A DNA stretch of 64,000 bases from Chiloscyllium plagiosum (lineage: Eukaryota). The stretch is taken from contig NC_057719.1 of NCBI RefSeq assembly GCF_004010195.1, positions 37,754,547 through 37,818,546 of the forward strand, given 5' to 3'. The notes below the pieces were generated by a model, which had not been told where the DNA came from, did not search any database, and worked only from the letters and a program-made list of their open reading frames with translations. Positions 24,860 through 36,016 of this stretch are shown piece after piece (position 1 is the stretch's first letter; each line of letters begins with the position of its first letter). Both the position numbers and the translations under genes were made by a program.

Positions 24860-25370
24860 CTTTACCACATTTACGCTAAAGTCACTTTATAACGTGCTCT
24901 AATTCACAATAACAGGAACCGTTCTGAAGCCGTCAGGGAAATAGTTCCAATTCGTCAAAAGGGCCAGGATAGTTTTATCCTGATTGGTGGAGACGTCTGT
25001 GTTCTGATTGGGGGTGGAGCGGTACCAACACGTCATGATGGGGTGGACGTTCCATTCTGATTGCGACGCGGACAGGGTGTTCTGATTGGTGGACACGTCC
25101 CACCGCTGTGATTGGAGGAGCGGACACGATGCTTTGATTGGTGGAATGGTTTCGATTGGTGGAATGGTTTCGATTGGTCCACGCTGCTCAGGGACCGTCA
25201 TGATGGAGTCTCTGCTCTGATTGGTGGAGTGGTCTCTTCTCTCTGATTGGTAGTGCGGACGCTCGGGTCTGAAGCTTGAGGGGGAGGGGGGAATTGGTGT
25301 CAGGAGCAACATGGTGGCCGGGCCAGACTGAGAGTGTGTGAGGCTCGGAGGATCTAACTCGGAGCGTGGT
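24860..25370. promoter_or_regulatory. Bidirectional CINP/TECPR2 promoter, CpG-enriched, with a CCAAT (NF-Y) box array
   Basis: Lies between the CINP ATG (24859, minus strand) and a strong plus-strand donor at 25369. CpGs are locally frequent. GATTGG occurs at about 24982, 25006, 25084, 25110, 25136, 25154, 25172, 25219 and 25245, plus AATTGG at about 25292. Confidence 0.8.
25270..25368 (+). other. TECPR2: Probable non-coding first exon of TECPR2 (5' end unknown)
   Basis: Consensus donor GTG|gtaagt at 25369, just downstream of the CCAAT array. The next exon has an acceptor 15 nt before its ATG, so an upstream UTR exon is required. Confidence 0.6.
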
Positions 25371-25764
25371 AAGTGATGGTGATGGTAGGGAGTAGGTCTG
25401 ATAGACGTATGTGTGTATGGCATTGACCTCGGCTTTAAGCGATCGTGGGGGTAATGGTGAAGCATTGTTGCAGGCCCGGGTGAGGACAGTAGTTTCTCTG
25501 GCTGTGGTGGTAGTGATCAGCTGATGTGTTGACAAGAATCTGCAGATAGATTAGGTTTACAATGTTAAAAACGATTGTCCAGTCGTTGTATTCCAGATGG
25601 TAGCTGAATGTTTTGTGTGAAAGATGTAAAATAATTTCTATCCGTCCTCCAGTATTTAAACAATATTGGAAGACATCTGTTAAATTGAAGTAAATTAGAC
25701 ATTTTTTTCCCCAGCACGCACATAACTATGCAATATCCTGAAAGCTAATTAAATTTTTAACCTC

Positions 25765-27155
25765 ATGGCCTGGCACATTCCAGGCTCTCATAACCAACGA
25801 AAGGGAATCAACCCTGGTTTAATGAAGAGTACAGGAGGATTCCTAAAACGTAGACGTCAACTTGGTTCGCCAGACAACATAATCAGCAGGTGATAGACAG
25901 AGCTAAGTGATCCCATAGCCCGCAGATCAGATCTGGGCTCGGCAGTCCTGCCACATCCAGTTGTGAATGATCTTATACAGTTAGACAACTCGTTGGAGGA
26001 GGAGACTCCACAAACATTCCCACATTCAATGATGGGGGAGCCCAACACATTAGTGCAAAACATAAGGCTTACGTATTTGCAACAGTCTTCAGCCAGAATT
26101 GCTGAGTTGTTTATCTATTTCATCCTCTTCCAGAGGTCCCCAACATCAAGATGCCAATCTTCATCCAAATCAATTCACTCCATGTGATATCAAGCAACAG
26201 CTGGAGGGACTGGGTACTGTAAAGGCTTAGGCCCTGACATCATTCCAGCAACAGTACTAAACTGTTCCAGGAGAAAGTGAGGACTGCAGATGCTGGAGAT
26301 CAGAGTCGAGAATGTGGTGCTGGAAAAGCACAGCTTTGATGGAGTTGAGATGAATCATAGGGGTCTTAGAAACACAAAATTCTAACTGGACTACATAGAG
26401 TAGACACAGGAAGAATGTCCATGATGGCAGGGAAGTCCAGAACCAGGGATACAAAAAGAGTGCACATCGGATGCTGGCTGACCTGCCAAACTGTTCCAGT
26501 ACAGCTACAACACTGGCATCTACCCAACAATGTGAAAAATTGACCAGATATGTTCTGTACATAAAAGCAGGACAAATTCAACATTGCCAATTACTGCCCC
26601 ATCAGTCTACTCTCAATCATTAGTAAAGTGATAGAAGGTATCATCAATTTTTGCAAGCAGTACCTGCTCAGCAATAACTTGCTTAGCGATGCCTTGTTTG
26701 GGGTCTGTCAGGCTCACTCCTCTCCTAACCTCATTACAGTCTTGGTTCAAACATGAATAAAACAACTAAATTCCAGGCATGAGGCAAGAGTGACTACCCT
26801 TGACAACAAGGCCGTATCTGACCGAATGTGACATTGAGGAGCTCTTGCAGAACTGAAATCAGTTTGAATCAGGAGTTAGAGTCATACCTGAACAAAGGAG
26901 GATGGCTGTGGTTGTTGGAGGTTAATCACCTCAGTTCCAGGATACCTGAGCAGGAGTTCCTCAGGATAATGTCCTAGTCCCAAACATCTTCAGCTGCTTT
27001 ATCAATGACCTTCCCTCCGTAAGATTAGAAGTGGAGATGTTCACCAACACTGATGTTCAGCACTATTTGCGACTTCTCAGACGCTGAAGCTATCCATGTC
27101 AAAATGCAGCAAGACCTGGACAATATCCAGGCTTGGGCTGATAAGCGGCAAGACC
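25765..27155 (+). mobile_element. Second CR1-group LINE family (RT region), decayed
   Basis: ccctggtttaatgaagag; aattactgccccatcagtctactctcaatc (NYRPISLLS-like); ggagttcctcagg; ttcagctgctttatcaatgacc. Same family as 44720-45715. Confidence 0.75.
26271..26487. mobile_element. Composite insertion: opposed PLE family A termini enclosing a CR1 fragment, with 12 bp TSD
   Basis: aaactgttccag at 26259-26270 and 26488-26499. PLE end gagaaagtgaggactgcag...aaagcacagc, then CR1-like 26336-26460, then tcggatgctggctgacctgc. Confidence 0.65.
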
Positions 27156-27269
27156 CAGTATGATAAAATTGTACATTTATGTTTGAAAGTGAAGTACTTC
27201 AATCTGAAGCAAGGGTGTAAAGTTTGAATAAGGAAAAGTTATGAAGGCATGAAGTACAAATTGGCTGAA

Positions 27270-27356
27270 ATGGCTTATGCCCGAAACGTCAATTCTCCTG
27301 CTCCTCGGAAGCTGCCTGGCCTGCTGTGTTTTTCCAGCACGACATTTTTCAACTCA
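27270..27356 (+). mobile_element. Short PLE family A terminal fragment
   Basis: ggcttatgcccgaaacgtcaattctcctgctcctcgg...ttttccagcac. Confidence 0.75.
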
Positions 27357-27369
27357 GAAATGGGTTGGG

Positions 27370-28380
27370 GAAGTACATTAAAATATATAACTGTAAATAC
27401 ACAATGGATAGTTTTTAAAGAAATATTACATGCCTTACATTTCTTCAAAGTGCAAAAACTCAACCATGGCTGATAAAGGAAATTAAGGATTGTGTATGAT
27501 TAAAAGATTTATAAACTTGTCACAAATAGTAGTAAATGCAAAGGTTGGGAGATTTTTAAGAGTACAGCAAAGGAGGACTCCTAAGGAAAAAGGGAATAGA
27601 ATATGAATGCAATCTAGCAAAAATATCATAAGTGGATTGTAAAGGTTTCTTCAGGTTTGAGGAAAGGAAAAGTTTGTCTGAGGCAAATTTATTCTGTTTC
27701 AGGCTGAGACAGGTGAATTTATAATGGGAGAGAAGCTAAATAATTACTTTATGTCTCTTTCACTAGTAAAGATACAATAAGCTTTCAGCATTAGAAAAAC
27801 AAGGAGAATCAGGAGTTGAACAAAATTAGTATTAGTAATTAAATTGAACTGGAAAAATGAATAGGGCTGAAAGTTGATAAGTTCTCTGGACCTGATATTC
27901 TACATCCCACAAAAGTTGAAGGCAATGATTGTGGAGATAAATTCAATTGATTCTGGAATGTTTCTGGCAGAATATCACCGACTATTTAAGAAGGGAGTGA
28001 TAGAGAAAACAGAACGACAAACCTGCTAGTCTTGCATTAATAGTCAGGAAAATACTATATTATAAAGGATGGGATAATAGATGCTTGGATAAAAATTATC
28101 TGATTAAGCATAGTCAACATGGATTTGTGAATGGGAAATCATGCTTGACAAGCTGAGATTTTTTGAGGATGTTACAAACAAAATTGATAAAGGGGAATCG
28201 ATGAATATTGTATATTTGGATTTTCAGAAGGCTTCTGATGAAGTCCTCCACAGAAGACTGGTTAGCAACTTAAAGCAATGGCATAGACACTGGCATGGAT
28301 TAAGGATTGGCTAACATGCAGTAAATGGACTGTAAGAATAAATGGGTCATTCTCTTGTTGACAGATGGAATTTAACACAG
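27370..28380 (+). mobile_element. Old CR1 fragment
   Basis: agtcaacatggatttgtgaatgggaaatcatgcttgac; tatttggattttcagaaggc. Confidence 0.7.
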
Positions 28381-28539
28381 AGAGGTGAGAATGACCTCTT
28401 TAGGTTGGAAGTACCAAACCTGAGACTTTGTGATCTGCATTATTGTGTTCATTACCTAAACGCAGTGACCCATTGGGAGCAATATATAACTACAGTGGTT
28501 ACAAGAACAAGCCAAGGCTGGGAACTCTGAGGGTCAAGT

Positions 28540-29342
28540 ATGCATTGTCCTAGAATGGATGTGTTGTCCCAGTCATAGAATCAGCATGGAAACAGACCCT
28601 TCAGTCTAACCCATCCATGCCGACCAGATATCCCAACCCAATCTAGTCCCACCTGCCAGCACCCGGCCCATATCCCTCAAAGTGGTGTCTTTCCTCATCC
28701 CTATGTAAGGACACTAGTGAGAGTGGATCATGTCTTTTTGTGGCAAGTTGAATGTTCATGTATCCTGGTTGCTAGTTTTCTGTCTGTTTATCCAATGTAG
28801 TGTCTGTTACAGTTCTTGCAAGGTATTTTGTAAATGACATTGGTTTTGCTTGTTGTCTGTATAGGGTCTTTCAAGTTCATTAGTCTGCTGCTTTTACTGT
28901 GTTGGTGGTTTTGTGGGCTACCATGATGCCAAGGGGTCTGAGTACACTAAAACAGCAGCTAATGAACTTGGAACTTGAACTTGAAAAAACTTAAAGCATC
29001 CATCCTAGGACAAGCCAAACCGAGACATGCATGAAAATTCCCGGAAGCATGGCATTCCAACCAGAATGCTATCAACAAACACATTGACTTGGATTCCATT
29101 TGCCACTCCCTGAGAAAAAGAACAGGAAATGATATTACCACAGGAAATGACGCCACCAACCCAAGGAAACCCAAACATATAAATAGAAAGCGAGCTACAC
29201 CACCAGAGCTTCATCCGGAGGCTCTCTGAAGATGTTACTGGTTATGGTGACAAAATCTTCTGAAAGCGAACCTTCCAGCTCAGCGAGCAAACCAACATCC
29301 AGAACCTCAACCTGAGCTACAAATCTCCTCAAAACTCGCTAG
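28540..29342. mobile_element. PLE family B remnant with opposed segments (minus 28540-28945, plus 28946-29342) and a CR1 tail inserted at about 28572-28680
   Basis: Shares sequence with 18164-18710 and 20100-20500 (catccatcctaggacaagccaaac; gagctacaaatctcctcaaaactcgct). Confidence 0.8.
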
Positions 29343-29520
29343 GATTTGATATTTGTCTGAGATAACTGACCAGTGAACACTAATATTGTCTGAACTGTGA
29401 CTATCTGATGTGCATGGATTGCATTTTGTGTGTAGTTTGTCTGAAAGGTATTAATAAGTTTTTCTAATTATATTTTCCTTTTGTTTGTTTTTCCTTTATT
29501 ATCAGTGTCTTATTGATGCC

Positions 29521-29739
29521 ATGGCATTGGATGTGCACTTCACAGTGTTTAAGGAGTTCAGTCCATTATTTTACCTGCTTAATGCTATCCCAGCAAAAGT
29601 ACAAAAGGGGTTTAGAAATGTTCTCGTACATCTCACAGCCCTTGATGCCAATAATGACTACATTGCAGTGGGCAGTGATATTGGTATGCTTTATCTCTAC
29701 TGCAGACGGCTGAACAAGATGACAAAATATAATCTGGAG
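29521..29739 (+). CDS. TECPR2: TECPR2 first coding exon (acceptor at 29505; tectonin beta-propeller repeat-containing 2, N-terminal WD40-like region)
   Basis: gccATGG Kozak context. Translates MALDVHFTVFKEFSPLFYLLNAIPAKVQKGFRNVLVHLTALDANNDYIAVGSDIGMLYLYCRRLNKMTKYNLE, then |gtatgt. Confidence 0.95.
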
Positions 29740-30020
29740 GTATGTTTGAACATTAACCTGTTGCTGTAGTTATGTGAACCAGAAGATAAATGGGAAAAAT
29801 ATTAGTTTTGTTAGCTCTCATATTTTCCCATTAGTGCAAAGGATTGAGAATAATATCAGTGATAAATTAGATTCATCCTTCTGAGATGCTGACATGTTTT
29901 AAGAAAGTAATAAAATGTACTGAAGTATATCTTCAAAGTAAATGAAATTAAATACTTTGTGTATGTTTCATTAAACTTGTGATATAGTTGTTTACTAAAA
30001 GAGTTTTCTTTCTTATTAAG

Positions 30021-30149
30021 GGTAAAACTGATACTATTAGAGTGGTGAAACTGCTGGCTTGTTTTGATGACCTTGTTGCTGTTGGAACATCTTCAGGAAG
30101 AGTGGTAGTTTTCCAGCTCGTTTCCCCATTACCTGGAAGAAACAAACAG
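30021..30149 (+). CDS. TECPR2: TECPR2 coding exon 2
   Basis: ttattaag| GKTDTIRVVKLLACFDDLVAVGTSSGRVVVFQLVSPLPGRNKQ |gtaaat. Confidence 0.95.
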
Positions 30150-30759
30150 GTAAATTCGAGTTTTGGAGGTCTGATTTAGTTTTTACACATTGAGCAGTAT
30201 TTTAATCTTCAATGTAGTAGCCCCAGCAGATTTTCTTCTTTTTCCGCAAAGCTAATACAAGGTATTTTGCCAGTTTCTGTAGCTACCTAGGCAATCTGCT
30301 GCAGTTGCTCCTCCCTGCATCACTAATATGATTAACTAAAAAGAGAAACTGCAAGAGTACCCAGCTGATCTAGCAGCAGCTGTGGAGATAAAACATTTAT
30401 TATCCCTGAGTCAAATATATCTCTCCTTCAGAATTTCTTCAGTTGATAATGAGTATTAAGTTGAATTCACAGTGTCTAATTATATGCTTAAATAATAAAA
30501 ATGCACTGTAAATTATTTAAAATATTTTTACTTCATCCATGATATAGAAATATTACAGTATTTTTATTTGTCAGTTGCATAAGAGCTCTAAGAAAAGCTG
30601 TCTGTATAATGTCTTGCAGCTTCCAAATTCATTTTCTACAATTTTGTAAAGCATTAATGTAGCAGAGTAGTTATATTTGGCTACTGATAAAGCTAGCATT
30701 TTTCTATAATGTAGACTCCCTTTTTTTCTTGACTTTTCAATGTGTTGTTTGCTTCACAG

Positions 30760-30888
30760 TTGCGTCGATTTGATGTGGGTATTCACAAAAGTAATATTAC
30801 GGCACTAGCTTGGAGCAAGAATGGAATGAAGCTGTTCTCTGGGGATGATCAAGGCAAAGTAGTGTATGCTGCTGTGGACTTGGACCAG
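30760..30888 (+). CDS. TECPR2: TECPR2 coding exon 3
   Basis: ttcacag| LRRFDVGIHKSNITALAWSKNGMKLFSGDDQGKVVYAAVDLDQ |gtaata; WD40-type repeat. Confidence 0.95.
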
Positions 30889-31574
30889 GTAATAATTCAT
30901 AAATTGATATGTTGTGAACAGCTCGACTATCTGATAGGATTATAGATTTGTAAATGTATGGCAAATGCAATGATTTAAGAAACCACAGTTTTGCAGGTAG
31001 ACTACATTTTTCGACTTTTTTAGGTTTTGTTTGTTTGAAATGTGTTGGCAATATTACTTTAATGGAAGAAAATTATTAATAGTACTAGTATTTCATTTCA
31101 TCAGATTGTGATAAATTGATCATCTAAATGTTTAGTGGCAAGAATTGAGCATAAAAAATGAACAGTCCTCACCCAATTTGCAGAATTTCCAGCCAAGGTT
31201 ATTTGGCATTATGATAAGGGTCTTGAGGGATATGACTAAGTGGGATATTATCACCTTGGAGAGCTTCATTTTTATTCATTTATATTAACCAATTAAAGGA
31301 ATGAATAGAAATTTATGATGACAGTAGTGTAAAAGTTAGGGAAGGTTGACCAGATCAACTGATTACAAAGGCATGGAGAGGGCAAGATTATGGCAGATTA
31401 ATTAGTTTCATGGGGGGAATGTGTATTCATCTACTTTAGAACTGGGATCGGTCAATGTTTTTTACTCATACAGTGTAAGAACTGTGGTTTGACAAAATAT
31501 TTTGGTACCATTTTTAACATGACTAAAAGCTATTGTACAAGTACAAAATGCAGTTAAGGCCAATGTAATTTTAG

Positions 31575-31702
31575 GAGAAAGTGAGGACTGCAGATGCTGG
31601 AGATCAGAGCTGAAAATGTGTTGCTGGAAAAGCGAAGCAGGTCAGGCAGCATCCAAGGAGCAGGAGAATCGACGTTTCGGGCATGAGCCCTTCTTCAGGA
31701 AT
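31575..31702 (-). mobile_element. 128 bp PLE family A terminal insertion with an intact minimal hammerhead core (31671-31698) and 14 bp TSD
   Basis: Minus strand: CTGAAGA a gggc tcat gccc GAAA CGTC. caatgtaattttag (31561-31574) / caatataattttag (31703-31716). Confidence 0.88.
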
Positions 31703-32412
31703 CAATATAATTTTAGCCTATATCTTCAGAGGACTAGAACACAAACATGAGCAAGTGCTGCAGTGTACAGAGCCTTGGTCAGACCCCATCTGGAGTAATG
31801 AAAATTGAATTTTAAATTGTCCAGTTTGAAGATTTTCTGCTTTAACCTCACGGATATTATGTGCTTGCTATATGCATTTGCGCGTTCAGATCTTTGTTTT
31901 GCATTGTGGATGATGTAGCTTCACATAGCTTGGTTGACATTATATTGGAACTGTCTTTTTAGCTTAGTGCTGACACCCTCCTGCTTCCTCTATCTTGCTA
32001 CCCTGCCCCATGTCCAGCAAGTGGAGGTAGGGAAGTGGTGAGCATGACAGTTGGTTGATACAAGAGATTTTCTTGTATTTAGCATTTATTAAGTTGGCAA
32101 AGAGTAATTCTACTGATGAAAGTTTGAGAAATTTCCTAAACCACTACTCAAGCAGATCAGCTGTAATCTCATGGAATGGTAGAGCAGGTTTGAAGGATCA
32201 AATGAACTGCTTCCATCTAAAGAGAAATTTCATTATTTTATGAGCAACTGTAATAGCCTTTGATGGATGATGATTTAATAAATCTCTATGATTTCTTCAG
32301 TATCAACAAACAAATAACATGACTGTAAAAAATCTAAATATGTTAATTTTAATGTTCAAATCAATGTGATTTGTAACAAGTATATTTATTTAAATTCTTT
32401 ATCATGTTTCAG

Positions 32413-32570
32413 GGTGTCTGTAATCCCAGAGTAATATTGGAAGAGTCATCTCCTATAGTACAGTTAGACTACACTCAAAAAGTACTGCTGGTTTCCACTT
32501 ACTTGCATTCTGTTCTTATATATACTGAGCAGAACATTATCAAACAGGTTGGAACGCAGCCAAGGAAAAG
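32413..32570 (+). CDS. TECPR2: TECPR2 coding exon 4
   Basis: gtttcag| GVCNPRVILEESSPIVQLDYTQKVLLVSTYLHSVLIYTEQNIIKQVGTQPRK(S) |gtgagt; ends in phase 2. Confidence 0.93.
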
Positions 32571-32985
32571 GTGAGTACTAAATTTTAAATAAGCCCCAAA
32601 CATAATACAGTGCATCAAGTAAAATTCATGTAACTTATAAGTAATCAAAATCATAACATTATTGATTTGGGCTTCTTAATGTTTCCATGGTTGTGATCAT
32701 ATTTAAATTGCAAATCATAATTGTTATGACACAGAGACCATTTGGCCCATCGGGTCCCTGCTGGCTCTCTATAGAGCAATCCAGTCAGTGCCATTCAACT
32801 GGTACTTCCCAAATATAAAAGATGTGGCAACCTACGAGGTCAGTGGCTAAGTTATTTTGTGTAGTATTGTAATCAAAGTTTTTATCGAGGCCAAAGTATT
32901 GAAAGCTGTCAAGAAGCAGTTACATTTAGCTGTTGGAGCTTAAAGGATCAAAGGGAAAGAAACCGGGAAAAGGGTACTGAGTTGG

Positions 32986-33295
32986 ATTACATTACACTAC
33001 AGTGTGGAAACAGGCCCTTCGGCCCAACAAGTCCACACCGACCCGCCGAAGCGCAACCCACCCATACCCCCACATTTACCCCTTACCTAACACTACGGGC
33101 AATTTAGCATGGCCAATTCACCTTACCTGCACATCTTTGGACTGTTGGAGGAAACCGGAGCACAGGGAGGAAACCCACGCAGACACAGGGAGAATGTTCA
33201 AACTCCACACAGTCAGTCGCCTGAGGCGGGAATTGAACCCGGGTCTCAGGCGCTGTGAGGCAGCAGTGCTAACCACTGTGCCGCCGTGCCGCCCA
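32986..33295 (-). mobile_element. HE1-type V-SINE, CpG-rich (young)
   Basis: Complete head (gggcggcacggcggcacagtggttagc ... ggttcaattcc), V-domain and tail. Confidence 0.9.
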
Positions 33296-34234
33296 TGTGA
33301 TGACCAGCCATAATCATGTTGAATGGCAAAAACTATCTCAAAGGACCGAATAGCCTACTGCTTTTCCTATTTTGCCCATTTTATCCTAGATTCCTGTGGT
33401 GTGTTGATTGCAGCTGGGACTATTGTTAATTTTAGTGTCTCCAAGATATGGAGGAGAAAAGAAAACAGTTTCTGATTGTCATCCAGTGAACCTGAATGAA
33501 AATTGTATGGAGAGGATTGGAGTCAATTGTAATACCTCCTGTACCAAAAAACCTGCAGATATTTTACTGTTCACACTTGTATATAAACAACTATGGATAC
33601 AGATTACAGCTGCCTCTTGAATCTTTCTCATTGGTATTTCCCTCCCTTCTGGAGAATTGAGGATATGGCACAAAGGGAAATGCATTTTTTAGAAGTGTAA
33701 AAAAAAACTAAGGCAGTCGTCTGTAGTGTATAGGAACCCCCCCACTGCCATTTATAAAAACAAAATCAGAGAAAGGATGTCTCCAGACTCTTAATTGAGC
33801 CTGCCTCAAAATATTGATATGGTTTCTTTTTCTACAAGCAAGTTTAGATGATATCTCCAGATAATTTTAATTTTATGATCTCCTGGTCTCTGTACCAAAA
33901 GCATTTGCTAAATAAATCCAGGTGAAATGCTGCTCTGCTGTTGCAAATCATTGCAGACTGTGAGTAAATCTTAAGACTTGCTTACAATGTTTAACGTCTC
34001 CAAAGAATTGCATTTCTGCCTCATTTGAGAAGACAGTCCCTTAATTGTGACCACTGCATTGTCCTGCTCAGGAACTGTCATCCTTTCTCAGTCTCACGGA
34101 GGAAATTGGCCTCATTTCCACAACCTCCCTCAACTCCACTTCTAGAGCATTCCTCTTTCTTTTTAATTCCTTTCTTGTCCAAATACTTCCTCAAGACTCT
34201 CAGCAGTAACACTAGAAGAAATAAGGGGAAGTTG

Positions 34235-34510
34235 GGAGGCAATGGCATTGTTGCTGGATTAGTATTTGGGAGACCTAGGTAATGTTCTGGGAACTAGGTT
34301 TGAAACTCACCATGACAGATGGTGGAATTTGAGCTCAAAGCAATCTGATATTAAAAGTCTAATGAAGATCATAAAGCCACTATCAATCATCATAAAACCC
34401 AGATGGTTCACCAGTTACCTTTAATGTCTTGATGCACTGAGTCCAGACCCACAATAATGTGATTGCCTTTTAATTGTCCTCTGAAATGGTTGCCAAGCAA
34501 GTCATTCAGT
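34235..34510 (+). mobile_element. Second tRNA-derived SINE family
   Basis: ggtaatgttctgggaactaggtttgaaactc...atggtggaatttga...ggttcacc...ccagacccacaataatgtg; other copies at 50800-51030 and 55510-55830. Confidence 0.65.
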
Positions 34511-34529
34511 TGTAATGAACCACTCAATG

Positions 34530-34915
34530 CAACCTAATCCATCACAAAAACCAGCCTTCCTTCCATTGCCCCAATCTGCACTTTCTGCTGCCTTGGAAAA
34601 GCAACCGCCATAATCAAAGACGCCTTCCACCTCAGTTATACTCTCTTCCTCCCACTTTTGTTGGGCAGAACGTACAAATATTTAAAAACTCATCCCAACT
34701 GATTTAAGAAAAACTTCTTCCCTGCTGTTATCAGGCAAATTAAGAGACCTCTTATACATTAGAGTTGATCTTTCTCAGCACCTTCTCTGTAGCTGTAATA
34801 CTATATTCTGCATTCTGTTCTATTACCCTGATATACTTCTATAAGTTATGATTTGTCTGGTTAACTACTTTTCACTATATCTCAGTACATGTGACAATAA
34901 TAATAAAGCAAATCT
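34530..34915 (+). mobile_element. Rex1/Babar-type 3' fragment
   Basis: Similar to 23150-23500 (ggaaaagcaaccgccataatcaaagac; aacttcttccctgctgtt; acttttcactatatctcagtacatgtgacaataataa). Confidence 0.6.
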
Positions 34916-35697
34916 ATGACTCTCTGAGTACATCACTTTCAGAGCTCTTTTCAGACACTCTTGGGGTAATATTTTTTATTGCAGACCTTGGTGCAAGGAT
35001 TGCAAGTCCAATTCAAAATCTAATAGAAAATATTCTGAAAGTATCGCAATTGTGTCACAAATGTTTCAAACATGTTCCTCTCTCCGTAGATCTCTCAGAA
35101 TAGAGATCACAACTTTTGATTTTGTGGTTTTCTGCAAGCCTTCTCCCTCATCTTTATGTGCAAGACATTTTCATCCCTCACCTTTATTTCTGCCTTTGGG
35201 CCCCTCACTTCTTTCTCTTTCTACAAGCTTATATCCTTCTCTATTCCCTTTGTCAAATTTTCCAACATCTGCTCATTGTCAGTCAGAGATCCTGCTCTCG
35301 TTAATGCAGAATGCATTTTTATCTCCATTATGTATTTCTGTTCAGCAGTGAAGCTCTGCATTTATTCCATGCTCCTTTATTTCACTCTAGCTGAGTATGC
35401 TGGCAGGTGGGATTAGATTGGGTTGGGATATCTAGTCGGCATGGACGGGTTGGACTGAAGGGTCTGTTTCCATGCTGTACATCTCTATGACTCTACAAAG
35501 AACAATACAATTTCTGATCTTCAGTTATTGATGTAGAAAGCTACATTCCTTATTTTTGAAATTGCAGATTTGAAAGTTAACACCATGTAAGAAAAATATA
35601 AAATTTCAAATGAGAAATTTTAATTTAATAGATGATCATTGGTCATGCAACTATAAAATAAATGAACTGAAATACCTTTAATCTCTTATGTTTCTAG

Positions 35698-36016
35698 TGC
35701 TGGCAGATTTGGAGCCTGTTTCCTACCAGGACTCTGTAAACAAACAAATGTGAATTTATATGCTTCAAGACCTGGACTTCGGCTGTGGAAATCGGATGTC
35801 CAAGGGGTTGTTCAGTCAACATTACTGTTAAAAAGTGTATTTACTTGTGGAGTGAAACCATTTGAACTGTTACCTCGAGCGAGTTTCTCACCTGCAAATA
35901 AAGCTGCTACTAAACCAGCTGAGAGAAACTTTGGGCTGTTGAAATGCTTTCTACATGATGGATGGGTTCTAAGCTGGAATAAGACCAGTATTTACGTGTT
36001 GGATGCAGTTAACCAG
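35698..36016 (+). CDS. TECPR2: TECPR2 coding exon 5
   Basis: tttctag| AGRFGACFLPGLCKQTNVNLYASRPGLRLWKSDVQG...GWVLSWNKTSIYVLDAVNQ |gtatgc; contains the conserved ASRPGLRLW motif. Confidence 0.95.

Noticed and set aside
24975..25300. Repeat-spacer-like pattern reminiscent of a CRISPR array
   Set aside because: The repeat is only 6-10 nt, spacing is irregular, there are no cas genes, and the context is a vertebrate promoter.
24899..25535. 188-aa and 115-aa minus-strand ORFs with repeated 'NQ' motifs
   Set aside because: They are translations of the CCAAT-box array (ACCAATCAG) in the promoter; no splice or homology support.
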